Below are positions 32,096 through 44,718 of a stretch of DNA of 64,000 bases, piece by piece. The stretch is from positions 5,901-69,900 of the forward strand of contig NZ_JBKJWH010000085.1 in NCBI RefSeq assembly GCF_046716805.1, in the 5' to 3' direction. Positions within the stretch are counted from its first letter, which is position 1; each line of letters opens with the position of its first letter. A program made the translations under genes and the position numbers. The notes under the pieces are model-generated. The model saw only the letters and a list, made by a program, of their open reading frames with translations, ran no database searches and had not been told where the DNA came from. This DNA is from Mycetocola sp. Lineage in GTDB: Bacteria > Actinomycetota > Actinomycetes > Actinomycetales > Microbacteriaceae.

Positions 32096-32455
32096 ATGGC
32101 TGCCGGAGGTAGCGCAATTCGTGGTTCACGTGTGGGTGCAGGCCCGATGGGTGAGCAGGACCATGGCTTCCATGCTGATCGCATCGCGGTCTCATACTGG
32201 GACATCCTCGGCAACGAGACGGTTCGGCATTTCTCTGCCAGCCTTCCCGACGACGAGATCCCCGAGACGATCGACAGCCCGTCGTCCGGTCTCCCGGCCG
32301 GCCGCAACCAGGCCAGCCCGCCTGAGGTGGCCAAACTGGAGCCGTACAAGACCCACCTCGCATACGTGAAAGAGCGTCGCACCGAGGAAGAGGCCGAAGC
32401 CCTTCTCGATGAGGCGCTTCAGCAGCTACGTGCGCGGCGCGGAACCGCTCAGTAG
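32096..32455 (+). CDS. rbpA: RNA polymerase-binding protein RbpA
   Basis: The product contains IRGSRVGAGPMGE and KTHLAYVKERR. There is a strong RBS (GGAGGAAC). Confidence 0.85.
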   Translation: MAAGGSAIRGSRVGAGPMGEQDHGFHADRIAVSYWDILGNETVRHFSASLPDDEIPETIDSPSSGLPAGRNQASPPEVAKLEPYKTHLAYVKERRTEEEAEALLDEALQQLRARRGTAQ

Positions 32456-32482
32456 ATCATTATGCTCCGGTGTGACCGGAAC

Positions 32483-32526
32483 CAGGAAGCCCTCGTCGAT
32501 TCCGACGGGGGCTTCCTGCTTTTCAG
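32483..32526. terminator. bidirectional terminator between rbpA and pgl
   Basis: CAGGAAGCCCTCGTCG-ATTC-CGACGGGGGCTTCCTG forms 16 bp with one G-U pair and is followed by CTTTTC. Confidence 0.75.
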
Positions 32527-32535
32527 CGAGCTGGC

Positions 32536-33306
32536 TCAGTAGGTATTGGCGATGAGGTTCTCAGGGACCTCGGATGCGGCGTCTGAGTCGACGAAGAAGA
32601 CCGTCCGTTTGCGGCCCTTCATCCCGGCGATCGGGACTTCGGTGTACGCGGCGCCGGCGAGGGCAAGGCCGAGGACCGATGCTTTATCCGCACCGGAGAG
32701 CGCGACCCAGATCCGCTGTGACGAGTTAATCGCCGGGCGGGTCAGGCTGATACGCTCGGGCGGCGGTTTGGGGGAATTGCGCACTGCCACGACCGTCGCC
32801 TCCCGCTCGAGGACCTCGGGACGGTCCGGGAACAGGGATGCCGTGTGTCCGTCAGGACCGACGCCGAGGAAGGTGATGTCGAATCGGGGCAACGCGTTCT
32901 CGCCGTCGGCGTTCGCCGCAAGTTCGCCCGCATAGGCGGCCGCTGCCGCATCGAGGTCGAGCGCGCCGTCCGAGGACGGGCAGGCGTGGATATTGGCGGC
33001 GGGGATGTCGAGGTGATCGAGCAGGGCCTCACGCGCTTTCACTTCGTTACGCTCAGGGTCTCCGGCCGGGAGCCACCGTTCGTCACCCCACCAGAAGTGC
33101 ACGCGTGACCAGTCGACGCTGTCCCGGGCGGGCGACGCGTTGATGGCACCGAGGATCTTCACCGCGACGCGGCCGCCTTCGAGCACGATGTTGACCCGGT
33201 CAAGCTCGTCGAGCAGGTCGACCGTCTTGGTCAGGAACCGTGCTGTGATGGAGGCGGCGAGGGCGTCGCTGTCGGCGTGCACGAGCACGCGTCGTTCGTT
33301 CGTCAT
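32536..33306 (-). CDS. pgl: 6-phosphogluconolactonase
   Basis: The product contains VLEGGRV, FWGDERW and LGVGPDGHTASLFP. Confidence 0.9.
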   Translation of the reverse strand: MTNERRVLVHADSDALAASITARFLTKTVDLLDELDRVNIVLEGGRVAVKILGAINASPARDSVDWSRVHFWWGDERWLPAGDPERNEVKAREALLDHLDIPAANIHACPSSDGALDLDAAAAAYAGELAANADGENALPRFDITFLGVGPDGHTASLFPDRPEVLEREATVVAVRNSPKPPPERISLTRPAINSSQRIWVALSGADKASVLGLALAGAAYTEVPIAGMKGRKRTVFFVDSDAASEVPENLIANTY

Positions 33307-34265
33307 TGAGTTTTACCTTCCCCGGTGGCGCTCTCCACTCCGAGCTGGCGCACACCCTTGGTGATCACCTCACCGTACAACGAATCGGGGTCGAGTCGGC
33401 GCAGCTCCTCGGCGAGGCAGTCGCGGAGGCTCCGCCTCGGCAGGCTCAGTTCGTGAGTCGGCTGGTTCGGCTGGGTGAGCTTCGCAATGGTGTCGTGCGG
33501 GCGCTCGAGGACGATGTCGCCGGTGGCTCGGGTCAGTCGCACTCCGTGGATCCCGGTGTCGCCTGAACCACGCGGGGTCAACTCCTGCACAACAGGTACC
33601 TGCAGCTGCATCTGCAACCAGGCCGCGAGCAGGACGGTGGACGCCGAGTCGGCGGCACCGGCGACGGTGACACCGGTCACTGGCTCGTACGGTGGCTGGT
33701 CGAGCACCGCGGCGAGCTGGGCCCGCCAGAGGGTCAACCTCGTCCAGGCGAAGTCGGTGTCGCCCGGTGCGTACGAATCGGAGAGGGCGAGAAGGGCGGC
33801 ATGCGGGTCCTCGTGCTCGGAGGCATCCGTTATCCGCCGCTGGGCGATTTGACCGATCGCGGTCTTCGCCACATCGGCCGGCGCCTCGATCGGCCACCAG
33901 GCGACCACCGGTGCGTCCGGCAGGAGCAGGCCGTTGATGAGGCTCACTTCGTTGTCGGCTGCTTCACCGTAGGCGCGCAAAATGATCACTTCGCTCGCTC
34001 CGGCGTCTCCGCCGACCCGGATCTGGGCGTCGATCCTCGCGGTGTCGTCGGCAGTGCCCGGGATGCGGGAGAAGACGAGCACACGCATGGGATGTTCGCG
34101 TGAAGCGTCGTTCGCTGCTTCGATCGCTTCTTCCTCCTCGCCGAGCTGGGACACGATGACGAGAGTGAGCACGCGCCCGAGCGCGACCGCCCCGCCGTCT
34201 TCCCGCAGGGTGACAAGTCGCTTCGACAGTTTGCTGATGGTGGTGTCGGGCAGATCGACAATCAT
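33303..34265 (-). CDS. opcA: glucose-6-phosphate dehydrogenase assembly protein OpcA
   Basis: The product begins MIVDLPDTTISKLSKRLVTLRED. The start was trimmed so that its ATG overlaps the zwf stop. It lies between zwf and pgl. Confidence 0.88.
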   Translation of the reverse strand: MIVDLPDTTISKLSKRLVTLREDGGAVALGRVLTLVIVSQLGEEEEAIEAANDASREHPMRVLVFSRIPGTADDTARIDAQIRVGGDAGASEVIILRAYGEAADNEVSLINGLLLPDAPVVAWWPIEAPADVAKTAIGQIAQRRITDASEHEDPHAALLALSDSYAPGDTDFAWTRLTLWRAQLAAVLDQPPYEPVTGVTVAGAADSASTVLLAAWLQMQLQVPVVQELTPRGSGDTGIHGVRLTRATGDIVLERPHDTIAKLTQPNQPTHELSLPRRSLRDCLAEELRRLDPDSLYGEVITKGVRQLGVESATGEGKTQ

Positions 34266-35806
34266 GGTCGCCTCCAGGTGCGTCCGTCGCGGGCGAGAAG
34301 CTCGTCGGCGGAATTCGGGCCCCAGGAGCCCGGCAGGTACTGTTCGAGAGGACCGCCCTGAGCGGCCCAGTATTCTTCGATCGGGTCGAGGATCTTCCAC
34401 GACAGTTCGACCTCCGCATGACGCGGGAACAGCGGCGGGTCTCCGAGCAGCACGTCGAGGATGAGCCGTTCGTAGGCCTCAGGACTCGCCTCGGTGAAGG
34501 CGTGGCCGTAGCCGAAGTCCATCGTCACGTCACGAACCTGGGTGCCTGCCCCTGGAACCTTCGATCCGAAGCGGATGGTGACACCCTCATCGGGCTGCAC
34601 ACGGATCACGAGCGCGTTCTGGCCAAGCTCAGACGTCTGGCTTTCGGCGAAGAGGAACTGTGGCGCCCGTTTGAACACGACGGCGATCTCGGTCACCCGG
34701 CGGCCGAGGCGCTTGCCTGCACGCAGGTAGAACGGAACCCCGTCCCAGCGTCGTGTCTTGATGTCAAGACGCATGGCCGCGTAGGTCTCGGTCGTCGATT
34801 CAGGCGACATGCCGTCTTCCTCGAGGAACCCTGGGACCTTCTCGCCGCCCTGCCAGCCGCCCGCGTACTGTCCCCGAGCGGTCGCTGTCCCGAGGTCCTC
34901 CGGCAGGCTGACCGCCGCGAGCACCTTCTCCTTCTCAGCGCGCAGGTCCTTCGCGTCGAAGGAGAGCGGCTCCTCCATCGCCGTGAGGGCGAGGAGCTGC
35001 AGGATGTGGTTCTGAATGACGTCGCGCGCCGCCCCGATCCCGTCGTAATACCCGGCACGTCCACCGACGCCGATGTCCTCGGCCATGCTGATCTGGACGT
35101 GGTCGACGTAGTGCGAGTTCCAGATCGGCTCGAACATCTGGTTGGCGAAGCGCAGCGCGAGGATGTTCTGCACCGTCTCCTTGCCCAGATAGTGGTCGAT
35201 CCGGAAGACGGAGTCCGGCGGGAAGACCGATTCGACGACGGTGTTCAGCTCACGAGCGGTCTTCAGGTTGGACCCGAACGGCTTCTCGATGACCACACGG
35301 CGCCACTGGCCCTCGCTGGCGTCTGCCAGCCCGGAACGTCGCAGCTGTTCGGTGACCGCGGGGAACGCCTTCGGCGGGATCGACAGGTAGAACGCATGGT
35401 TGCCCATGGTGCCCCGTTCGGCGTCCAGCTGCTCGACGGTCTCCTTGAGGTGCTCGAAAGCCTGGTCGTCACTGAATTCACCCGGGACGAAACGGATGCC
35501 CTGGGCGAGCTGATTCCAGACCTCTTCCCGGTATTCCGTGCGCGCGTACGACTTCACCGCTTCATGAACGACCTCCATGAAGTCCTGATCCTCCCAGTCC
35601 CTCCTGGCGAAACCAACCAGGGAGAAACCGGGAGGAAGCAGTCCTCGGTTCGCGAGGTCATACACGGCAGGCATCAGCTTCTTGCGCGACAGGTCACCTG
35701 TCACACCGAAAATGATGAGCCCGCTCGGCCCGGCGATGCGGTTCAAACGACGATCAGAATCCAGCCGCAGTGGGTTGAATTCGGGGGTGATATCCACCGG
35801 GGACAT
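34262..35806 (-). CDS. zwf: glucose-6-phosphate dehydrogenase
   Basis: The product contains FGVTGDLSRKKL, RIDHYLGKE and EKPFG. Confidence 0.95.
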   Translation of the reverse strand: MSPVDITPEFNPLRLDSDRRLNRIAGPSGLIIFGVTGDLSRKKLMPAVYDLANRGLLPPGFSLVGFARRDWEDQDFMEVVHEAVKSYARTEYREEVWNQLAQGIRFVPGEFSDDQAFEHLKETVEQLDAERGTMGNHAFYLSIPPKAFPAVTEQLRRSGLADASEGQWRRVVIEKPFGSNLKTARELNTVVESVFPPDSVFRIDHYLGKETVQNILALRFANQMFEPIWNSHYVDHVQISMAEDIGVGGRAGYYDGIGAARDVIQNHILQLLALTAMEEPLSFDAKDLRAEKEKVLAAVSLPEDLGTATARGQYAGGWQGGEKVPGFLEEDGMSPESTTETYAAMRLDIKTRRWDGVPFYLRAGKRLGRRVTEIAVVFKRAPQFLFAESQTSELGQNALVIRVQPDEGVTIRFGSKVPGAGTQVRDVTMDFGYGHAFTEASPEAYERLILDVLLGDPPLFPRHAEVELSWKILDPIEEYWAAQGGPLEQYLPGSWGPNSADELLARDGRTWRRP

Positions 35807-35838
35807 GCAGCTCCTAGGTAACGGCCAACCAGCGACCG

Positions 35839-37449
35839 CTAGTTGATGGCCTCAAACAGTGACACGATGTTGTTCTCCGGGTCCGTCAGGTGAAGCGTGA
35901 CGACCGGCCGACCGGCATCCGCGAGCACGCTCGCGTCGCCCTGCGCCTGTGCCTGGATCAGCTGGCCGAAGGTGAACGGGCGACCAGGAACGTCCAGGTC
36001 GATGGGGGAGTCCTGGGTGATCTGCAGGAACACGCCTACCGCTGGACCGCCCTTGTGGAACTGACCGGTGGAGTGCAGGAACCTGGGGCCCCACCCGAAG
36101 GTGACCGGCCGTCCGGCCACGCCCGCGAGCATGCTGCGGATGCCTTCCAGCTGGGGGAGCGCGACCCGGTCGACGTAGGCCTGCACCGCGAGGTAGCCGT
36201 TGTCGTCGAGCTGAGCGATCAACGCGTCGATCGCCTGCTTCACCGTCGTCGCCTGGCCCAGTACCGTCGCGTCGCCGCGTACGTCGATGCCGTTCTCGGC
36301 GAACAGCGGCGCTGTCGACTCGGGGCGCGCGTCGAGGAGGCCGCGGGTTGCGATCTTGGCAGATTCGACGTCGGGCTGGTCGAAGGGGTTGATGCCGAGG
36401 ATCCGTCCGGCAATCACTGTCGCGTATTCCCAGACCAGGATCTGTGCGCCGAGCGTGCCGGACACGAGGATCTCGCCCTCGTGGCGGTCGCGCGGGAACA
36501 GGTGCAGCTGGGTCGCGTCATCGACCAGCCGGACCACCTGGACGTCGGCGTATTCGCCGGAGAGTTCCGGGGCGAACGTGTCGACGACGACGGGGAGCAG
36601 TCCTGTGCCCTGCTTACCGGTGGACTCGGCCAGAAGCTGTTCTGCCCAGTCGGGAAATCCGACGATGTGCGTGCCGTCGGCGACGATGGCCAGCTTGTCG
36701 CGAAGCGGGCTCGTTCCGGCGATCGCCGCGCCGAGGATCAGGCCCGGGTTGTGCTTGTCATCGATCGACAGCTCGACGGCGACCGAATCGGCCTCGTCAA
36801 GAAGCGCACCGACGTCGACGCCCGCCAGCCCTGACGGCACGAGGCCGAAGGCGGTGAGCGCTGAGTACCGGCCTCCGACGTTCGGGTCGGCGTTGAAGAC
36901 GCGGTAGCCGGCTTCACGGGCGGATGCATCGAGCGGCGAGCCCGGGTCGGTCACGACGATGATGCGGCCGCGCGGGTCGATTCCGGCGTCGGTGAACGCC
37001 TTTTCGTACGCGCGACGCTGGCTGTCGGTCTCCACGGTCGATCCGGACTTCGACGAGACGACGAGGGCGGATGCCTCAAGCCGGTCGGCGAGGGCCGCGA
37101 GGACCTGTCCTGGGGCTGTCGAGTCGAGAACCGTGAGGTTGCCGCCCAGGGTGCGGGTGATGACCTCGGGCGCGAGCGACGAGCCGCCCATCCCGGCGAG
37201 GACGATGTGCTCCACTCCTGCTTCCGTCAGTTCGGCGCGAAGCGCCTCGATCTGGGGAATCAGAGGACGCGAGACCGTGGTTGCCTCGGTCCAGCCGAGA
37301 CGTCTGGACGCTTCATCCTCCGAGTCAGGACCCCACAAAGCGGCGTCCTGACCCGTGATCCCCGAGGCAACCATGTCGGCCACGAGAGTGGGCATGACCG
37401 CGTCCACGGCAGCCTGTGCGGCGCCGGAGACGTGGATCTTGAAGCTCAT
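35839..37449 (-). CDS. pgi: glucose-6-phosphate isomerase
   Basis: 536 aa with SIS-type PGI features ([12 protein letters not shown] and [12 protein letters not shown]). Its start overlaps the tal stop. Confidence 0.9.
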   Translation of the reverse strand: MSFKIHVSGAAQAAVDAVMPTLVADMVASGITGQDAALWGPDSEDEASRRLGWTEATTVSRPLIPQIEALRAELTEAGVEHIVLAGMGGSSLAPEVITRTLGGNLTVLDSTAPGQVLAALADRLEASALVVSSKSGSTVETDSQRRAYEKAFTDAGIDPRGRIIVVTDPGSPLDASAREAGYRVFNADPNVGGRYSALTAFGLVPSGLAGVDVGALLDEADSVAVELSIDDKHNPGLILGAAIAGTSPLRDKLAIVADGTHIVGFPDWAEQLLAESTGKQGTGLLPVVVDTFAPELSGEYADVQVVRLVDDATQLHLFPRDRHEGEILVSGTLGAQILVWEYATVIAGRILGINPFDQPDVESAKIATRGLLDARPESTAPLFAENGIDVRGDATVLGQATTVKQAIDALIAQLDDNGYLAVQAYVDRVALPQLEGIRSMLAGVAGRPVTFGWGPRFLHSTGQFHKGGPAVGVFLQITQDSPIDLDVPGRPFTFGQLIQAQAQGDASVLADAGRPVVTLHLTDPENNIVSLFEAIN

Positions 37450-38558
37450 TTTGCGGCCGCCAGCGACTGGGTGACGGTGTCGAGGAGTTCGTTCCAGGAG
37501 ACGATGAACTTCTCAACGCCCTCCTTCTCGAGGAGCGCGGTGACATCGTCATACGAAATACCGAGGCCTGCGATGGCGTCCATGACCTTGTTGGCCTCGT
37601 CATACGAACCGGTGACGGTGTCGCCATCGATCTTGCCGTGGTCGAAGGTGGCCTCGAGGGTCTTCTCAGGCATCGTGTTGACGACGCCCTCGGCGACAAG
37701 CTGGGTCACGTACAGGGTGTCGGGCAGGCTCGGGTCCTTAACACCGGTCGACGCCCAGAGCGGACGCTGCTTGTTCGCGCCGGCGGCGAGCAGGCCCGCT
37801 GCGCGCTCTGATGCGAACGTCTGCTCGAAGGCCTCGTACGCCAGCTGGGCGTTGGCGACGCCCGCCTTGCTCTTGAGCGCGAGCGCTTCGTCCGTGCCGA
37901 CGGCCACGAGGCGCTTGTCGATCTCCGTGTCGACACGCGACACGAAGAAGGAGGCGACGGAGTGGATGGTGGACAGGTCGATGCCTGCGGCCTTGGCCTG
38001 CTCGAGACCGGTGAGGTAGGCGTTCATGACCTCGCGGTAACGCTGCAGGCTGAAGATGAGTGTCACGTTGACGCTGATGCCTGCGCCGATCGCCGCGGTG
38101 ATGGCTTCGAGGCCCTCAACAGTTGCCGGAATCTTGATCATCACGTTGGGCTTGTCGATCTTCGCCCAGAGTGACTTTGCTTCCGCGATGGTCGCTGCGG
38201 CGTCGTTGGCGAGGCGCGGCTCGACCTCGATCGACACCCGGCCGTCGAAACCGTGGGTGGCGTCGTAGATCGGGCGGAACAGGTCGGCGGCGCGGGCGAC
38301 GTCGGCGGTGGTGATCTCGAAGACCGCCTCGGTGACATCCTTGCCGGCAGCCGCGAGTTCGGAAACCTGCTCGGCGTAGCTTTCACCGTTGCTGAGCGCA
38401 CCGGCGAAGATGGTCGGGTTGGTGGTGACCCCGACGACGTTGCGGGTGTCGATGAGTTGCTGCAGGCTGCCCGAGTCCATGCGGCCTCGGGAAAGGTCGT
38501 CGAGCCAGATGCTGACGCCGGCGGCGGAAAGCTGGGCGGTGGGGGTGTTCTCAGTCAT
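37446..38558 (-). CDS. tal: transaldolase
   Basis: Actinobacterial long-form Tal, with [17 protein letters not shown] and IKIPAT. Confidence 0.95.
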   Translation of the reverse strand: MTENTPTAQLSAAGVSIWLDDLSRGRMDSGSLQQLIDTRNVVGVTTNPTIFAGALSNGESYAEQVSELAAAGKDVTEAVFEITTADVARAADLFRPIYDATHGFDGRVSIEVEPRLANDAAATIAEAKSLWAKIDKPNVMIKIPATVEGLEAITAAIGAGISVNVTLIFSLQRYREVMNAYLTGLEQAKAAGIDLSTIHSVASFFVSRVDTEIDKRLVAVGTDEALALKSKAGVANAQLAYEAFEQTFASERAAGLLAAGANKQRPLWASTGVKDPSLPDTLYVTQLVAEGVVNTMPEKTLEATFDHGKIDGDTVTGSYDEANKVMDAIAGLGISYDDVTALLEKEGVEKFIVSWNELLDTVTQSLAAAK

Positions 38559-38579
38559 GATTTCTCCTTGTGCCCGGCG

Positions 38580-40670
38580 TTACTTGCCGAGCGTTTCTTT
38601 GGCGGCGGCGACGACGGCTTCAGTGGTGATGCCGAACTCGCGGAACAGGGTCTTGTAGTCGGCGGATGCGCCGAAGTGTTCGATCGACACGGAGCGGCCG
38701 GCGTCGCCGACGATGCTCTTCCAGGTCAGGGCAAGTCCGGCCTCGACCGAAACCCGCGCGGTGATCTCCGCGGGGAGAACCTTCTCCTGATACGCGGCAT
38801 CCTGCTCCTCGAACCATTCGAGACAGGGCACCGAGACGACGCGGGCGTTCACACCGTCGGCCTTGAGCGCTTCGCGGGCGTTCACGGCCAGCTGCACCTC
38901 AGACCCGGTGGCGATGAGGATCACGTCGGGGGTTCCGTTGGGAGCTTCGGCGAGGATGTACGCACCCTTTGCGACGTTTGACGCAGCGGCGAAGGTCTCG
39001 CCGGTTGCTTCGCCGGTACCCCGTTCGAACACCGGGATGTTCTGGCGGGTCAGCGCGATGCCGGCCGGGCCGCCGCGGCGGGTGAGGATCTCCTGCCAGG
39101 CGTAGCCGACCTCGTTGGCGTCGCCGGGGCGGACGACCGCGAGGTTCGGGATGGCGCGGAGGGTAGCGAGCTGCTCGATCGGCTGGTGTGTCGGGCCGTC
39201 TTCGCCGAGCGCGACGGAGTCGTGCGTCCAGACGAAGATCGAGGGCACGTTCATCAGAGCTGCGAGCCGGACGGCCGGACGCATGTAGTCGCTGAAGATG
39301 AGGAACGTTCCACCGTAGGCGCGGGTGGGACCGTGCAGGACGATGCCGTTGAGGATCGCGGCCATGGCGTGCTCGCGGATGCCGAAGTGCAGCACGCGGC
39401 CGTACTCGTTGCCGGTCCATTCACCGGTGGAGTGCTCGCTCGGAACGAATGAGGCGGCACCTTCGATGGTGGTGTTGTTGGATTCCGCGAGGTCCGCTGA
39501 ACCACCCCAGAGTTCGGGGATGACTGGTCCGAGAGCGTTGAGCACCTTTCCGGATGCCGCACGCGTTGACACGTCCTTGCCTGGTTCGAAGACCGGAAGC
39601 GCGTCTTCGACGCCGTCCGGAAGTTCACCGGTGAGCAGGCGGTCGAGCAGGGCACCCTTTTCCGGGTTTGCGGTCTTCCAGGCGTCGAAGCCCTTCTGCC
39701 ATTCCGCCCGGTCGGCTGCGCCGCGATCGACGGCCTTGCGGGTGTGGGCGAGGACCTCATCCGAGACGACGAAGCTTTCAGCCGGGTCGAAGCCGAGGAC
39801 TTCCTTCACCGCGGCGAGTTCGTCTGCACCGAGTGCTGAACCGTGGATCTTTCCGGTGTTCTGCTTCTTCGGGCTGGGCCAGCCGATGATCGTCTTGAGG
39901 ATGATCAGCGAGGGGCGGTCGGTTTCGGCCTTCGCCGCCTCGATGGCGTCGTTGAGGGCATGAATGTCCTCGACGTAGTCGCCGGTCTTCTTCCAGTCAA
40001 CCGTCTGCACGTGCCAGTTGTACGCCTCGTACCGCTTGGCGACGTCTTCGGTGAAAGCAATGTTGGTGTCGTCTTCGATCGAAATCTGGTTGCTGTCGTA
40101 GATGGCAATCAGGTTGCCGAGCTGCTGGTGGCCGGCGAGCGAGGATGCCTCGCTGGTGATGCCTTCCTGCAGGTCGCCGTCACCGGCGACGACGTAGACG
40201 AAGTGGTCGAACGGGCTCTTGCCGACCGCCGTGTCGGGGTCGAGCAGGCCGCGCTCGTAGCGCGCCGCGTAGGCGAAGCCAACGGCTGAGGCGAGTCCCT
40301 GACCGAGCGGGCCTGTGGTGATTTCCACGCCGTCGGTGTGACCGAATTCGGGGTGACCCGGGGTGAGTGAGCCCCAGGTGCGCAGCGCCTTGAGGTCGTC
40401 GAGTTCGAGTCCGTAACCACCCAGGTACAGCTGGACGTACTGCGTCAGCGAGCTGTGGCCGACGGAGAGCACGAAGCGGTCCCGGCCGAGCCAGTGCTGA
40501 TCACGTGGATCGCGCCGCATGACCTTTTGGAAGAGCAGGTAAGCGGCGGGGGCGAGGCTCATTGCCGTGCCCGGGTGGCCGTTCCCAACCTTCTCGACCG
40601 CATCCGCTGCGAGGAGGCGGGCGGTGTCTACCGCCGTGTTGTCAATGGAATCCCATTGCAAAGCTGCCAC
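38580..40670 (-). CDS. tkt: transketolase
   Basis: The product contains GNGHPGTAMSLAP, GDGDLQEGI and GEDGPTHQPIEQ. Confidence 0.97.
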   Translation of the reverse strand: MAALQWDSIDNTAVDTARLLAADAVEKVGNGHPGTAMSLAPAAYLLFQKVMRRDPRDQHWLGRDRFVLSVGHSSLTQYVQLYLGGYGLELDDLKALRTWGSLTPGHPEFGHTDGVEITTGPLGQGLASAVGFAYAARYERGLLDPDTAVGKSPFDHFVYVVAGDGDLQEGITSEASSLAGHQQLGNLIAIYDSNQISIEDDTNIAFTEDVAKRYEAYNWHVQTVDWKKTGDYVEDIHALNDAIEAAKAETDRPSLIILKTIIGWPSPKKQNTGKIHGSALGADELAAVKEVLGFDPAESFVVSDEVLAHTRKAVDRGAADRAEWQKGFDAWKTANPEKGALLDRLLTGELPDGVEDALPVFEPGKDVSTRAASGKVLNALGPVIPELWGGSADLAESNNTTIEGAASFVPSEHSTGEWTGNEYGRVLHFGIREHAMAAILNGIVLHGPTRAYGGTFLIFSDYMRPAVRLAALMNVPSIFVWTHDSVALGEDGPTHQPIEQLATLRAIPNLAVVRPGDANEVGYAWQEILTRRGGPAGIALTRQNIPVFERGTGEATGETFAAASNVAKGAYILAEAPNGTPDVILIATGSEVQLAVNAREALKADGVNARVVSVPCLEWFEEQDAAYQEKVLPAEITARVSVEAGLALTWKSIVGDAGRSVSIEHFGASADYKTLFREFGITTEAVVAAAKETLGK

Positions 40671-40950
40671 TTTAGTGACCCTTCTGATCGAAATCGTCGG
40701 GCCATCTCTGGCCCGCCGATGAGGCGCGTAACACGCACATTGGCTTCATTGGCTCCGCCGGACGCGACCCGTCCCGCAAGGAGAGCAGGAAGAACATAGC
40801 GCCGCGAACGGTTAAGGCGAGCGTCTCCAGTATAGGGAACCCCGCATCCCGGTGGCGTGATGGTTACGTCGAACGGCGAGCCCGCCGGCGGCCATGCCCT
40901 CGCGGAGTTCTCGCCTAGAATGGGGAGGCAAGCCACCGGTTAGAGGAGCG

Positions 40951-41871
40951 ATGAACATTGCTGTAGAAGACCGCGTCACGCCACAACGCGTGAACGCCGT
41001 CGACAAGGTCAAGGGGTACATCTCCCTCACGAAACCCCGTGTGATGGAACTTCTCCTGGTGACGACCATCCCCGTGATGATCCTCGCGCAGGGCGGCATC
41101 CCCGATCTCTGGCTCGTCCTCGCAACGGTCATCGGCGGATCGCTCAGCGCCGGATCCGCCGGTGCGTTCAACTGTTACATCGACCGCGACATCGACAAGG
41201 TGATGAAGCGCACGAGCAACCGCCCGCTGGTCACCGGCGTGCTGAGCCCCCGCGAAGCGCTCGTTTTCTCCTGGGCGCTCGCGGTGGCATCCACCGTGTG
41301 GCTGTATCTGACCACGAACCCGCTCACAGCGGCGCTCTCGGTCGGTGCCATCTTCTTCTACGTCGTGGTTTACACGCTCTGGCTCAAGCGCTGGACTCCG
41401 CAAAACATCATCTGGGGCGGCATCGCGGGCTGCTTCCCGGTGCTCATCGGCTGGTCCGCGGTCGCGAACTCACTGAACTGGGCACCGTTCATCCTTTTTG
41501 CCGTGGTGTTCCTGTGGACGCCGCCGCACTACTGGCCGCTGTCGATGAAGTACCGCGACGATTACAAGTCGGCCGGGGTTCCGATGCTCTCCGTGGTCCG
41601 CGGCCGCGCGCAGGTGGGACTTCAGGTCATTCTGTACGCCTGGGCAACGGTGGCCTGCTCGCTGCTTCTTATCCCGGTCGCCTCGATGGGGATCGTCTAC
41701 ACGGTCGTCGCCGTGGCATCCGGTGGCTGGTTCGTCTTCGAGACCCACCGCCTGTACAACCTGGCGATCCGACACGAGAAGGTTTCGCCGATGCGCGTCT
41801 TCCACGGGTCGATCAGCTATCTCACTCTGCTGTTCCTGGCCGTGGGCATCGACCCCCTGCTTCCGTTCTGA
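40951..41871 (+). CDS. ctaB: protoheme IX farnesyltransferase (heme O synthase)
   Basis: UbiA-family motifs are present ([20 protein letters not shown] and PPHYW). The ATG at 40951 follows AGAGGAG. Confidence 0.92.
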   Translation: MNIAVEDRVTPQRVNAVDKVKGYISLTKPRVMELLLVTTIPVMILAQGGIPDLWLVLATVIGGSLSAGSAGAFNCYIDRDIDKVMKRTSNRPLVTGVLSPREALVFSWALAVASTVWLYLTTNPLTAALSVGAIFFYVVVYTLWLKRWTPQNIIWGGIAGCFPVLIGWSAVANSLNWAPFILFAVVFLWTPPHYWPLSMKYRDDYKSAGVPMLSVVRGRAQVGLQVILYAWATVACSLLLIPVASMGIVYTVVAVASGGWFVFETHRLYNLAIRHEKVSPMRVFHGSISYLTLLFLAVGIDPLLPF

Positions 41872-42067
41872 TCGACTGAATTGGGTGCTCGCTGCTGAGG
41901 CTCCGTTCCCGTTACCGGTGGAGAGGTTTGTGACGCGACTCGAGTAACTGAGGGGACCCCAAGTGCCGTTCCGCCTGTTCGGGAATGACAATTCGGGACC
42001 CCCTCAATTCCGCGAACGACACGTGGGGACTCCTCAAAGTGCTACCGGACCACGCCGGCCGAGCGAT

Positions 42068-43027
42068 CTACGACGCCCGAAGCGCCTCAGCCGGCTCCAC
42101 ACCAGCGGGTACAGCGGTCGACGTCTTGAGGTTGAGCACGGTCACCGTCATGGCGGCCGCGAGCACACAGGCCAGGACCATGTGCAGGCCGACGAGGATC
42201 TCGGGGAGCCCCATCCTCGACTGGGCCACACCGACAACAATCTGTACGCCCTCAACGGCGAGCAGGAGCGTCGACGGGAAACGGAGACCCTGCACCGGGA
42301 GCAGCCAGGCGGCCGCGACGATCACCACGGTCAGTGCCAGGGTGATGTAAGCCGGCCAGGAGTGCACATGCTGCAGCGATTCGGGGTCGAGGCCGTTGCG
42401 CGCGGCACCCTTGTCTCCGGCATGCGGACCTGACCCAGTGGTGAGGATGCCGACAAGGATGGTCACCGCGACGAAGAACGAGGCCGCGTGCGTGGTCGCT
42501 GCAAGCCAAACCGGCGCAGCCAGAACCCGCTGGCCGTTGCCGCGATACACCCGGAAGACGAGTACGGCGGCGAGCACGACGAGCACAATGCTGAGCACGA
42601 AGTGCAGACCCACGACGTATGGGTTGAGTCCGCTGAGCACGGTGATGCCGCCGACGACGGCCTGGAACAGCACGCTGCACGCCGGGATGACGGTGAGGAT
42701 GAAGAGATCCTTGCGCTGCTTGCGGTACTTCAGCACGAACAGGAGCGCGAAGATCGCAATGATCTGGAGCACGAAGAACAGGGTGCGGTTGCCGAATTCG
42801 ATCACCCCGTGGATGCCCATCTCGGGCGTCGAGACGAAGGATTCGGCTGTGCACCTCGGCCACGTGGGGCAGCCGAGTCCTGAACCGGTGAGCCGCACGG
42901 CGCCCCCTGTGCCGACGAGCGTGGTCTGCGCCGCGAGGTTCAACCACGCCACCACACGGACCCGACGGTCGACGTTTGTCGGGAGCCAGTTCCAGAAGCG
43001 TCTGGCGGCCTGAGCGATCGTATTCAC
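42068..43027 (-). CDS. ctaA: heme A synthase (COX15/CtaA family)
   Basis: The product has the GSGLGCPTWPRC motif, multiple TM helices and conserved His residues. The GTG at 43027, preceded by GAGGAA, was chosen within ORF 42068-43096. Confidence 0.85.
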   Translation of the reverse strand: MNTIAQAARRFWNWLPTNVDRRVRVVAWLNLAAQTTLVGTGGAVRLTGSGLGCPTWPRCTAESFVSTPEMGIHGVIEFGNRTLFFVLQIIAIFALLFVLKYRKQRKDLFILTVIPACSVLFQAVVGGITVLSGLNPYVVGLHFVLSIVLVVLAAVLVFRVYRGNGQRVLAAPVWLAATTHAASFFVAVTILVGILTTGSGPHAGDKGAARNGLDPESLQHVHSWPAYITLALTVVIVAAAWLLPVQGLRFPSTLLLAVEGVQIVVGVAQSRMGLPEILVGLHMVLACVLAAAMTVTVLNLKTSTAVPAGVEPAEALRAS

Positions 43028-43299
43028 TGTCGGGTGTTCCTCTACGTGAGTTGTTACTGTGACTGGGTCGTCGCCTGCTGCTATTTGCCGCCACAACCTG
43101 TAGAATCGAAGGGTTCAAGCATTTAAGTCTGGCGCTCGCCAGCGAACGGCGCGGGAGCAGCGCGGCCCCCGTCCTTGAACAATTGTAGATACGCAAATCA
43201 GCCGCCCGCACATTCCTGAGCAACACCTGTTGTTCCGGCGTGCGTGGGAATGCGACGCGCAGAAATCCTGTTACGCAGCTGAGAAGGAAAGAGGTTGAC

Positions 43300-44718
<1,419 letters not shown>

